Source: Klebsormidium nitens (taxonomy: Eukaryota > Plantae > Klebsormidiophyceae). Taken from it: a stretch of DNA of 64,000 bases. This document shows positions 37,162 through 49,672 of this stretch, piece by piece. The first letter of the stretch is position 1. Every line of letters begins with the position of its first letter. The stretch spans positions 1 to 64,000 of the forward strand of contig DF237355.1 in the NCBI GenBank assembly GCA_000708835.1, read 5' to 3'. A model generated the notes under the pieces. It was not told the origin of the DNA, did not search any database, and saw only the letters and a list, made by a program, of their open reading frames with translations. A program made the position numbers and the translations under genes.

Positions 37162-40100
37162 ATGATGGCTAGCACTGCTGAGCCAGTGAAACCAGCGGGG
37201 GGTGCAACAATTGAAGCTTCTGCGCAGAAGATGGGTGCGTCAAGCGAGAAATCTGCAAAGAGATTTCAGAATTACATCCGAGGGGTGCACACGATTGTCG
37301 GGACGCAGGACTATTTGAGAAAGTCTGCAAAGTCGAGCTTGGTGCTCTTTGGCAGGGATCACGAAACCGCAGAAGCGACGAAGACCGTCTCATTCAAAGT
37401 GCAGCTCAGGGCAGAGGAACTCTACAACAAGTGAGCACGACTTGTGCCCTGCGTATCAGTTAAAATCTTCTCCATTTGCAATGCACTTATGCTTTCTTGC
37501 ACTGCTGGTCCACATAGGGCTGGGGCCTTCTCATTACTGCTCGGCACTTATGCCTCCCTGCAGCCAGTGATTAAGAGTGCAGAGAGGCAGTTCAAAGTCA
37601 AATTCTGAGCTTGATGTATCAAGACCCTTGAGCACCAGGGCTTTTCTACTGGCAGCTCCAACTTCTGACTTGGTCTCTGGTTTTCCAGCTCGTTTCAGCT
37701 GTCACTTGGTCTTTACCCCCAGCTCTGCTAGGACAAAAGGCAGGATCAAATCCCTGCTCAGGCCAATCAACATTGATCGAAGAACAACGAAACTCAGTCA
37801 AGTGACGAATCACTGAGCAGACATTTGCACCAGGACTGCATAAAGGGGATTTTCAGGTGCCTGCTGTGAAGGCCCTTCTTAAATATAAACCGAAGAAACA
37901 ACGATTGAAACGACTGGCTGGTACAGGTATATGAAAAAGTGGATTCTGGCGCCGGATGGCCGATTTCGCAGGCGGTGGGATCTGCTGCAGATGCTTTGCA
38001 TGTTGTACATAAGCATTGTGATCCCTTTCAGAGTGGTAAGCTTTCTAGTCACCTGGAGACACTCATGCTTCCACGGCGTTTTGGTTCCTTCTTCATGCAT
38101 CTTCTTATGAGCAAGTTGTGGGCTGGCAAAACCATTTCCCATCTTATCAAAATCAAGTTGGCCTCTGATTGAGGAGAGTGGTAAAGATGTTCGCGCGGTG
38201 AACACGGAAATTAGCTAAGCTGATCAAAGTCTTGTAAGTCCTGCCATCTTCCCCGGATACATTGGACATATACAATGGTTTCATGATTACTTACGGGACT
38301 ATCCTTCACGAACATAATGCTGTTTTCTTCTAAAAGGACTTGCCCTCAATGTTGAGAAGAGTCGAAAGATGCAGCAATTGCCAAGGCCAATCTACTCACG
38401 ACCTGGAGTTCCCTCGACCCTACCTTTCTGTACACAACCGAACATGATCATTTTTGTGGATTATCCAATTATTCTTCTAGGCCTATGTCCTGAAGACTGT
38501 CTAGTCATGTGCCATCAGCTTCTGTGAGATTAACTCTGATTCTCGAAAACACTCAAAGCTCGAAATCTGTGCAGGGACTGGGTGCATCTGCCGAGGGGGG
38601 GTGGTACATCTTCGAGCTGACAATCGACGCTTACTTCTATCGTGAGGCAACACCCTGCTTGAATACTGTTTCTTTGTGCCAGTAAATCCACATGGAACTT
38701 CAGCTCGGACTTTTGACGCTTGCTCCGGCAACCCTGGGACTTGGTCCTGTATCGGTGGATTGAGCAAGACGCCTGCTTTCTTCCTATGCTGTTTGCTTGC
38801 TCGACTTATTTTCGCAAATAAATCTACTCCGCTGCTCTCGAACTGGAGGACCTACGAAGAAATCGTCCGTATGGAAGAAGTGAGACTTCTCTGGTGGCCA
38901 CCTTTATACATCAGTCGCCGAGCGTCATTTCACAAACGAATCCTCCTTGCAGTTGACCTGATCATCAACTTTTTAACCGGGCATCAGTACGCAGACGGGG
39001 CTCTCATTATGGTACCCAAGGACGTAGCCTTCCATTACCTGGTAATTTCCCGGCCCTTAACTCAGCATCTGCAAAATTCCCCTCACTTGAGTATCTGGTG
39101 CTCGTTGGAGCAGTAGGAAGTACGCTCGTTCAGTAAACAGGCAGGCTCCCTATTCGAAACGCTGAAATGCACAGCTGAAGCGCCGGTTGTCTGCAGCCGG
39201 AGTTTCTTTTCCACAGACTTCAACTGGAAAACATGTCGTGAGCATTTGAGCAGCTTTTCGTCCTTTTGAAGTTCGTTGGACGGGAGCAGGCGTGTGTATA
39301 ACAGTTGGCCTTGAGACTTCGCCTGCGTTCTTGGAAAGGTTCTCTCACGGTTGTCAACCTGGATATAGCTGCCATACAGCTCTTAATCAAGTGCGGATGC
39401 AGCCCGGGAATATGAATTGGTCCATCGAAAGAAACATTCCTTTCCTTGACATTGGCTCAAGGAGTGATGAGTAGCCACACTTGCATGGGAAGCTGGTTGA
39501 GAATCCCGGTATCGACGTTTCCAAAAGGATGCCCGTGCAACTTGGTCGAGGGTAGACGATACTCAGACGGTATCAGTCGGTTTCCAACGGTATTTTTCAT
39601 CAGTCCTTTAAAGAGGTGGACGCTTAAAGCTGAAGTTTGCAGCAAATGTTCACACATGCCCCGTTTCCCTGCCTCCAAATCCTCTACCGTAGCAGCTGGT
39701 CTCTCTCGCAGCCGCCCCTTACTTTTGCCGCTCGTTAAGCCTGGCCTCGATTTGGTTCCAAAGGGACCTCGAATAAAGAGATGCCCAAGCTCGTGCTTCC
39801 TGTCGAGCCAAGAAGAACGGAATTGCGCTGGGCGCATCAGAGCCGTCATAAACGCCACCGTCTGTCAGCGTAGTAAAGCGGACTGCCGTGCGTTGAGTCC
39901 TTCGAAACGCCGCCGTCCCGTCCGCGCAATAAAGCCAAAAAGAAGAAGAAATGAAACCATTTTCTCTTCGTACAGAAAACCTGGTTCCCTTTGGACTTCG
40001 TCGCCTGCCTTCCCGTGGATCTCATACTGCGGGTCGTCCAGGGCACCTTCTACTGCTCGCTGTCCCGGACATGCCATCACAAAATCTCAAGTGAGACCGC

Positions 40101-43100
40101 TCCTTCTTTTACTGCCCTTTGTAATGTGGTCTGCATCCCAACTGCATCGAGTGCATCGCTTCTCGCGCTATTCGTAACTCGGACATTAAAGGCGCTGGCT
40201 CCGTGTACGACATTAATGTTGAATGAATTTCCCATTCTTTGTTCTTTGATGTTCAGCCATTGTATTAGATATTGTAATACAATTTTCGAACGATTATAAC
40301 CAACCATAGCACGAAGCAGATTCAATAAGCAGAGGATCGTCGGTGATTCGCGTAATCTGTGTCCAGAACTGCCTCTCAACCGTGTCCTTGTAGTAATATC
40401 GAGCATAAATAGCTCCCACGTCAGAAAACATCGCGTGCTGCTTTTCGTAGCCATCTGGCAATGCCGGTGTCACTGCGATCGTGACCCTCAGTCAGTAACG
40501 AAACCACCGAGTCTTACAAGCTCTGCCAAATGTAACAAGTTGCCCTGCTAGATGACATCTTTGAAGGAACACGGTGTATTGATTCGCTGCCAATGTTGGT
40601 GAAAAGCTGACTCTGTTTCAGGCATCTTGCTCAGAAGACGCTTCGTAACAAAAGAAGGCAAGTCTTTGACACTGCTCGCTGTAACTCACAGCCTTTTAGT
40701 CATGACGATCATCGGTGTGACGTTCTGCTGACGTACATTCTCGCGTGTTTGCAGCGGCGGGGATGCTGTTCCGTCTCTTGAAGATTCTGCGTCTCTTCAA
40801 GCTGATCAAGCTGGTCAGGTACGCCCGCCGTCATCGAATCACTTCAACCAGCCGCCCAACTTCTTTTCGTCAGCTGCACCTCCTGTCAACGCTCTCTCTT
40901 TCATGGCACCTTCCTTGTCCCGTACTATCATTCTTCTGGCACTCAGTATGCCTTGGAAATGTAACACTGAAATTTGAATGTTTGTCTTGTTTGCGCAAAT
41001 AAATTTCTCCCTGTGGCTACTCATATTTTAAGCCTTTGCCACTCATTCGTCGCTTCGTGGCCTCGTCATGCGCTCAGCAATCCTCGGCCGTAGGTTCAAC
41101 GTTACCACACCTTCGAGCTCGGTCATTTATCAACTCAACTACTCAACTCGATCACGTCATTCGCATTTCGTGTATCGGGGCAACCCTCCGTCGTGATCTT
41201 CAGAATCTTAGAACGCTCCCCCTCGTGCACAACTCCAAAATCCCAAGTACTCGTCGCTTTACAGCTGCCTCACCCCTAAACCATGCACCCCAAGCACGCC
41301 AAATCCCTAATATCCTCAATTTCAAGCGACTGAAATTTTTCCCTTTCGCCTTTCAGATTGTTCAGCATCCGTCGGCTGCTGGACCGATACCACCACGACC
41401 TGTTCCTAGTTCTTCCCTTCCTGTCCGTCGCCCAAATGTTCATCGTCATCCTGTTTCTGGGCCACCTCTACGCCTGCTTCTTCTACTACTTCTCCACCTC
41501 GGTGAGTATCGCTTTCCCAGAGTTGCTGCTTATTGCGCTGGCAAAAACGGTCTGCGAAGACTTTGTTTGATGCGACATGCTCAACGCTGTAGAAGCTATA
41601 TAGCTACCAATCAACTTGTTTCCTACATTGCCGTGAAAGCAGCCGCCCTGTTTGCTTCAACCAGGAATGGACCACTTCCGCGGAAAAGCGAACTGCAGGA
41701 TTCGGCGATTTCGATCTTTCAAAGTATTGCCTTACGCTTTGCTTTACGTCGACGGTGACGGAGCTCCTCCCGAACTGACTCGCAGAGCGACCTCGAGAGT
41801 GCACAGCGAGCTTACATAGAATTCGAAAGAGTGCACTCGCCCTCGGTGTACCATTCTTCGATCTCAGCAGACTATCATCGACTATCAGGCCTGCTGAAGT
41901 GAAAAATTAGTAAAGCAAAAGCGAGAAAAAGCGGCAATGTCCTCCTCAACGCTCAGGTCGGCCGAATAGGCCTACGGCGATCATGTTGCGTCATTGTCTT
42001 GAAACTAAGAAGCAGTACGAGACAAGAGCGCTTTCTGGTGCTGCAGGATTGGCGGACCCCCGCCGAGAAGCGAGGGCTGGCGGAGACGCTCAGCTCAGGG
42101 ACGTCAACCGACAGCCGCCGACTGCCGTGGATCATCTCCGAGTTTGGCGGGTAGGCAAACGCACTTTTGGTCAGCTCCCAAAGCCTCTTTGAAGAAGGCG
42201 CGGAACGTGCTCTTCCTCGGTGTCCTTTAGCATCGTGGATTGGCTTTCAGATTCCTGAGTGTCCGCATGGTGACGCCGTCGGCGTTCAGGAGTGACGTCC
42301 GTCGAATGACGGCGATCGCTTCGGTGAGCGAGCGCACCGTCGTGATCGAATCGGTCGGTGGTCTAACGGCAATATAAAAAAGGCGTGGGACTCGCACGTG
42401 CTTTGGAGCTCCCAGGTTCCGAAAGCATCGTGGAGAGGTCTTTGAATCCCAGATTGTCAAGATTGTGAAGCCCTCGGCGTTCAGGAGTGACGTCCGTCGA
42501 ATGAAGGTGCTCACTTGGGACGGGCTAGCAGCGAGAGGACTCTAGGCATCAGTCCTGCGGGCTCATAAGACTTTTATGGACTTCAGGTTCATGAAAAGAT
42601 GAATGCATGAGTCGAGGCTGTCTATGAACGCTGCTAGAGAGCCCAAGTTTTGTAAGAAGTACTCTTTCATCTGCCTTCATGTCCCTCTTGCGGTTCAAAT
42701 CAAATTTATATGCTCGTCAGGGTAATGGTACGCCCCGATGAGTAAACCCGGCCTCTGCGTACTTTCGCGCGCTCTATTGGCCGCTTGCTCCGCTTTGAAC
42801 GGTGCGCTTCGGTGAAGCTTCACAAGAAAAGCTTCTTGCGGAATGTATCCAAGGTCCCCTTGCAAACTTCAAAGGAATAAGACTATTCATTTCCAAAGGA
42901 TTATGGTCCCCCCGACAGCATGGGTCGGGCCTCCCGTTACATCGGCGCGCTCTACTGGTGGGTGGATCGGCTGAGTACTGGGCTACAAAGCCTTGTTTGA
43001 ACCACCAAGGTCACACTGCAGACGCACAAATTCATTCCAGAACACAAAACACTTTTTCCTCCGGGAGTACGGCACGCCCGGGAGCATGGGCCTGGCGTCC

Positions 43101-46100
43101 CGGTACATCGGCGCGCTCTACTGGGCGTTCGTCACGCTCTGCACGCTGGGCTTCGCAAGGAAAAGCCTTTCACTTGAACTAACATCAAAACGCAGGTCTC
43201 TGTTAGCAACTGATCACGAGAATTTCCTTGACCTCCTTCCAGGGAATATGGCACCCCCGGGAGCATGGGCCTTGCCTCGGCGCGCTCTACTGGGCGTTCG
43301 CCACGCTCCATACGGCGGGCTACAAAAACTCTCACACAAAACCGTATTCCACAAAGTTAACAGGAGAAGTTGAAAATTTCACTGGCAAGCCCAGGAACTT
43401 ATCTCCACTTTCCCCCAGGGAGTATGGCACGCCCGGGAGCATGGGCCTGGCATCCTGGTACATCGGCGCGCTCTATTGGGCGTTCGCCACGCTCTGCACG
43501 GTGCGCTTTGGGGAATTTCCCAGGAAAATCTTCTTTGCAATACAGCTCAAAGGTCCACCGGCAGATTTTGAAGACGGTCTCTTCTTCTTTTCAGGGAGTA
43601 TGGCACGCCCGGAAGCATGGGCCTCGCCTCCCGGTACATCGGCGCGCTCTACTGGGTCGCCACGCTCTGCACAGTCGGCTACAGAGACTCTGACACAAAA
43701 TCCTACTCTACAATACTATCAAAAAATGTCAGATTTCCACTGGCAAGCCCATGAACATATCTTCACTTTCCCCAGGGAGTATGGCACGCCCGGGAGCATG
43801 GGCCTTGCCTCCCGGTACATCGGCGCGCTCTACTGGGCATTCGCCACGCTGTGCACGGTCGGCTACGGTGACATCAGCGCGAAAACGGAGGGCGAGCGCG
43901 TCTTCGCGATCGTGTCCATGATCACCGGCGGGTTTGTTTTCAGTGGGGTCATCGCCAAGATCGGGTCGCTCGTGGCGAAAGTAGACGCGGCAAAAACTGC
44001 GCACAACGACAAGATGGATGCGGTGAGCCGCCGGCGCGGGTGTGGGCTTTTCGAGTTGGACGTTTCTCTCGCATTTATGGGTTTCATTTCATTGCATTTC
44101 ATTTGAATGACTCATACAGATAAGTTGGAAAGATGTAGTTGTTGAACTGATGTGCAAAGATCTACCCATCTCTGATTCGCAAGTATCGAAAACGTTTCGC
44201 AAGCTGTACAGACAGGTGCCCTCAGTAACGTTCAGTGGAGCCAGCCCCACCGTACTGCCAGAAAGAAGGCTGGTGGCGGCGTTCATGCGCAAGCACAGAA
44301 GGCAGCGCGAGCTGCGCAGCCAGGTGCTCGTTCTCTGGTTGCGGCAAACCCTTCTGAAAATCGTTATCTTCTGGCCCCTCTTACTCCCACCCAACTCCGG
44401 AAGAAAATCAATGTTAACCCTGCTTAACCCATCTTTCATGCGCAGGTAACCGCGTTTATACGCGAGCACAAAATGCCGCGTGACCTGCGCAGCCAGGTGC
44501 TGATCTTCTTCACGAAGCAGCAGGTGCGCGCGTACAACGTGCGGACGATCCTGTCGCAGATGCCGTACGACCTGCGGTCGTCCATTCTGCTCTACCTGTA
44601 CAGAGATATCATCAAAAAGGTGAGCTGACGTCACGGGTTGGTCGAACTAGGAATTGTCGTGGGGTAGTTCTGTCAAGATCACAAAGTTCCAAAGTTTACA
44701 AGAAACTATGAGTACTATTTTCAATTGTCGGAATGACAAAACGACCCTATGGGACCTTAGCTTAGGGTGGAAGGTACAAAAACTGAGTCGAAAGACGGGG
44801 AAAGGGTTGAGCTTGGTTTGAACCACTGTCAAAGATGGCTTTCTAAAATAGCGTCTGAGGAAGGCTCAGACAGCACATCTGGCAGATCCGGTCACATGAT
44901 CACCAGTGGGATGCTTTGATGTATATGAGTCACTTTGATTATGATCCTTGATCTTTTCACAAAGGTTTCAATTGCACAATCTAGTTTCACCACAGCCTTT
45001 TCAAACTGCTTCTAAAGTGTCGGGTGTCGAACATAAGCAGCGAACAAACTTTCCCCGCTTTTCCAGGTTCCCTTCTTCGACGGCACGGACGACATCTTTA
45101 TCACAGACGTGTGCCTCCGCCTGAAACCAGCAACCTATGCGGCGGGCACGTATATCTACACTACCGGCGAGATCGGGCGGGACCTGTTGGTTGTCGTTAA
45201 GGGAGAGGTGAGCTACACTGGACAGGGTTAAGCCCCTTACGTCGCAAGATTACTTGGCCTCTCAATTTCGTTCTTGACAATCCGAGCTTATTTGAAGCCT
45301 TTTAAGCGGCAAGACCTGGTCCGCTTATACCAATCGCTAACGATCTTGAGAGACAGAAAGTTGTCCAGAGCAGAGTTCTTTGAAGTTCTTGGAAGCTGGA
45401 GGTGCTGGACAGGTAACGCGCGCACTCTGCGAGTTGGTGCGCGCATGGTACCGTTGGCTCCCCCAATGTCGAGCTCGTACCAAGCTCAAATTGTAGAACC
45501 CCTTTCTCTAAAAAATCCCTCGCCGGTTGGATCTGCTGGGCCCGCTGAAGCGGGGGACATGCGCACTGTGCGGATCCCGCCGATCGCCCTCCAATGTGTT
45601 GAATAACATGGACTCCGAAAGGCCAAGGACTCACAATGAGCGCGCATATCTGCTCCGCAGGTGAAGATGCTGGTTTGGCCGAAGCAAGTGCCGCGCGCGC
45701 TGTGCGCGTGTCGCTGCTCGCCCATACGATTCTGAGCTCATCAACAACCCAACTAACCGGAATTTTGAAAACCGCGGGGAGCAAAAAGGTGGAGGTGCTG
45801 GGTCCCCAGAAGCAGGAAACGCGCGCTGTGCCCGTGTCGCAGGGTCGCCACAACGGATACGCCTCAGTCATAAACCAAAAACTTGAGGTCAAATGTAAAC
45901 CCCGTTATCGAAATTCGCGTGTTTCTTTCCGCAGGTGGAGGTGCTGGGCCCCCAGAAGCAGGTGACCCGCGTGTTATACGAGGGCAGCTACTTCGGCGAG
46001 GGGTGCATCCTGGGGGACGTCCGCAGAATGGAGAGCGTCCGAGCGCGGACGCCCTGCAGCCTCTGCGTACTCGAGGTGCGCAGACTGCTCAGCTTCTGTC

Positions 46101-48293
46101 TTGCTTACAACATTGTTGTTCTGAGTCCAGTATCGTTTCCTCTTCTTTCTTCTTCTTTGCTTCTTTCTTTTCTTGCGAGGTTCGAAGGAAGTTAAGGAGT
46201 GCGTCCGAGCGCGGACGCAGAGCCGAGGTACGCAAACTTGAGCTCCTGTTTGATAAAACAAGCATGCTCTAAGTCGAGTATCGCATTAAAAGGCTTCTTT
46301 TTTCTCGTTCTCTTTTCCTTTTTTCGTGCTAGGTTTGGGAACCAGAGAGCCTTTGAGCGGGGAGTGCCTTGCAGCCTCTGCGTCCTTGACTGCAACGCTC
46401 TTTTCCTCTACTTTGAAGATTGAACATATCTTTCTGGGTTCGTGGATTGGCGAGCGTTCGATCACGTGACGGCCTCTAAGTCTTGCGGCCTGTGACAAGC
46501 GGGCAACTGCGACCTACCTCATATCGGTTGCTTCGTTAGGACCGTTTCGGCAACACATCAAGCTGAGTTTGTCTTCGTGAAAGCAGATTAGCCGCCTGGA
46601 TGCCAGTAATCAATGTTGCTCGGTGTGAACAGGCCTTGTGTTGAAGCGAACACGCAATAGCTTCGTTTGAGCCTACGCGTAGCCTATCCAGACTGGCAAC
46701 AATCTCACCACGAGTGCGAGAAACGACGACATGCACGTGACGCTCTCCTTTCCACCTATCCTCAGTACCCATAGAGTTGCGGAGCTTCCTCCTTAAGCCC
46801 TCTCGCTTACGTCCTTTTCCTACAGCCGGACGGTCTCTCAAGAGTCGATCATTTCTATACAAACAACATCCGATCTAGGTTGTGTGCGAGAGCGCTAAAT
46901 TCTAGAGAGTGCGTGATCCGTGCCCTTTACTACCTCTTCATATTCAGGTATTTTGTACCCGATTGACCTACCTGCATCTTGCGGGCCTCCTTTCGGAACC
47001 TGATCCTTAACCCAACCGCCTGTGAGCGGCCGCCTTTCTTTCCGCCCTTCCCGCCCTTCGTTTTTAACCACCTCCTCAACCACTTCCCTAACCATCTCCT
47101 TAACCCTCCTTCCTCAGGCGGACGATCTCGAGGAGCTGCTCATAAACTACCCCGAAATGGACCAAATGCTACGGCGCGTTTACAGCCGGCGAAAGCAGCA
47201 CTTCAAGTCTGCTGCCACCTCCTTCTCCTCGGTGCCTTCCCCCGGTCCTCGTCGGCGACATTCAACGGACCCCAACGGAACCGTCCCTCGGGCAGCGGAA
47301 CCGGCCGACGCACTGCACCTCCTGGCCGGGGGGCTCAAACCCGCGGCAAATCCCCCCCCTGGCATGGACTTGAGGGCGATCGCGCGACTGTCCCGGTCCG
47401 CGACGAACGGCCCCGGTGCGTCGGAGTGGTCCGGACCGGAGACATCTTTGGGGAAGGAAGAGGCGACGCTTCTCAGCGAATCACTAGGCTTCGGGTCGCC
47501 GCCTCAAACGCAGGAGAGCCCGGGGAGCGAGGCGGAAAGCAAGGGGTGGAAGCCCATGGCCCGGTTGTTCAAAAACCAGGTGGTTCCGGAGGAATTAACC
47601 AAGGAGTTAAAGAAAGAGCTAACAAGAAAGGCCACGAATCTGAGAGCAGATCCGGCGCTCGGGGGAGCGTCTACCGACGCGCCAGAAAAGACGCGCGGCG
47701 GCGGAAACGAACCGGAAGAGGGCAGAACCAGAGTCGCAAGCAGTATGGACGGGGTGACGACCAGCGGAACGGGAAGGATAGGATCAGTAACGGAACCGGA
47801 GTCTAGCGGAAACGGTGGTGGGAGTCCCACCGGTCATCGCCGAAGGTTGAGTGCGCAGGCGGGGGGCCAAGAGAAGTGGGCTAATGGGGGAAATCTAAAA
47901 CTGGTCGTGAACGGGGATTCTGACACCGGGGATACAGGGGGAGCGGAAAACTTGGATGCAGGACATTCCGACAGGCGTTCGCCTAAATCGCAAGAGCTCC
48001 CCGGAATAATGAGCTTCCGCCGGCGGAGCTCCACGCAGGCGTCCCTTCTGGGTGTCCAGGAACCGTCGACAGGGGAAGCCGCAGAGAGCGGAACGAGTTC
48101 CGGGCTCAGCGGGCTCCGGGCGGAACTGCGGAACCTGCGGCACGAGGTGAAGGTGCTGAGGACGGAACACCGGCAGGATGCGGCGCTCGTTCAGGAGCAG
48201 TATAAGGCAATAATGAGCCTCCTTTTGAAGGTGTCCCGCCAGACGGTATCGGGGCAAGGCTCCGATAACGACTTCTTTGTGCATCATGCCTAA
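37162..48293 (+). CDS. 6TM voltage-sensor K+ channel with GYGD filter, C-linker and cyclic-nucleotide-binding domain (946 aa, 13 exons)
   Basis: Exons 37162-37430, 37927-38035, 38575-38641, 38953-39041, 39976-40090, 40755-40818, 41357-41501, 42047-42150, 43776-44022, 44446-44619, 45067-45207, 45935-46075 and 47118-48293 join in frame. S4 RLLKILRLFKLIKLVR; pore ALYWAFATLCTVGYGDI; CNBD YFGEGCILGDVRRMESVRA; C-terminal coiled coil. Confidence 0.93.
42721..43870 (+). repeat. seven-unit ~176-bp tandem array of intron end plus pore-exon start (six echoes and the real exon)
   Basis: Unit starts at 42721, 42899, 43064, 43243, 43419, 43595 and 43776 (periods 178, 165, 179, 176, 176, 181). Core GGAGTATGGCACGCCCGGGAGCATGGG..CGGCGCGCTCTACTGGGCGTTCGCCACGCT. 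Confidence 0.95.
45390..46400 (+). repeat. degenerate echoes flanking both ends of CNBD exon 45935-46075
   Basis: Acceptor-side copies of GTGGAGGTGCTGGG..CAGAAGCAG at 45789, 45661 and weaker near 45544 and 45395. Donor-side copies of GCGTCCGAGCGCGGACGC and TGCAGCCTCTGCGT at about 46200 and 46370. Confidence 0.75.
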
Positions 48294-49672
48294 CTATAGG
48301 CCAGTCCGTTCTTCTGTGACGGTAGTTTTGCATTCGATCAGTCTGACGCGGTACCTAGTAAGCCCACCGCCAGCATCGATGGCGGCGCTCTGTTTATTAG
48401 GACTCGGGAGCGCCTGAGGAGCGGAATAATTTTTCCTAGTCATGAACAGAAACGAAGTCGACGCAGACTGCCCTTGACCCCAAGTACTTCCAACCCCGCA
48501 GAAGAGCAAGCGCTGTGGATAGCAGTGTCTAGCTGTAGCGGTGAAATCTGGGTGCCCATATTCCCCATATTGCCAACATTCCTGCAAAAGCTAGAGCAAA
48601 GTCCTCCAGAAGCGCTGATCTCAACTCGCCCCTCGAGGATCTCATCTCGCCCCGCGAAGACTCACTTTGGGTCGTTGGCCCCCTCTAGCTAGCTCTTGAG
48701 AATATTGCATGCAATGAGGCAACGCGTTCACGGCCGGTCGGATCGAGCTCCAAGTCAGTCCTGCTGAAGATCTCAATTTATAGTTAGTGATTGATCTGCG
48801 GTTTTGGTGACTAATTCTATAGCCCTAGCTCAGATCGATGAGTCGCGTTGAAAACACAATTCGTCAATTACCCAAGCATGTCGAAACCAATGTCGGATCG
48901 AGGGGGCTTGCCCCGCCTGCTTCGGTCATAGCTAAGCGCAGCGGCCGATCTCCTAGCAATTCCGTGTAGTCACTGCCGAAGCAGTCAATCGAGTAAGCCC
49001 ACATACATGAGTTGATGTGGTTCGTGCGATATCCTTGCAACATATGGGTTCTAATGGGGCGGCACTTGTTTGCCCATGCAACACTGCAGCAGTGACGGGA
49101 CGAACTTGATGTCACATGGCCAGCTGTAGGTGAACAGCTACTTTGTACTCACAACTTATACATGCTGAATGCAAGCTCGCCACCGTACTCATATGTCAGC
49201 AAGCACGGAGTGATGTCATGCTGACGCCACTCTGGGGGATTGAAAGTATAAGCAGGCAGTCTCCTGGAGCCATACGCAAAACGACAGATTTAGTTCATCT
49301 CAAAGACTCTGCAACATCCTCCAGGGACATCTCCTCAAAGCAGTGTACCCTTATTTAGCTGATCATGACAGGCATTCTGAGGAGGTCAGGATGCGTTGGC
49401 AGGTTCTCTTGAGCATCCCTAAATGTACGGAACGAAGACTTCAACAATTTCAAAACCCATAATTTCCAAAATGGACAACGCCACCCACTTCCTTACGCGC
49501 GATGAGCAAACGATTGAAGAGACGCTCCCGCTCCCGCTTGCACCGATTCAATCCGAGCACTGGACTCCGTCTTCCGGACCCTATCCGTGCTGACGTCACG
49601 AGGTGACGTGTTTTGACGCCTTGCACGCATCAGGGGTTGAGTTTCCTCGCTCCACGTCACACGCCCGGCGCT

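Noticed and set aside
43228-44106. 292-aa ORF as a multi-pore-loop channel protein
   Set aside because: It is mostly intronic echo sequence read through to the real exon, with no donor or S6 per copy. It is kept only as a possible alternative acceptor in the findings.
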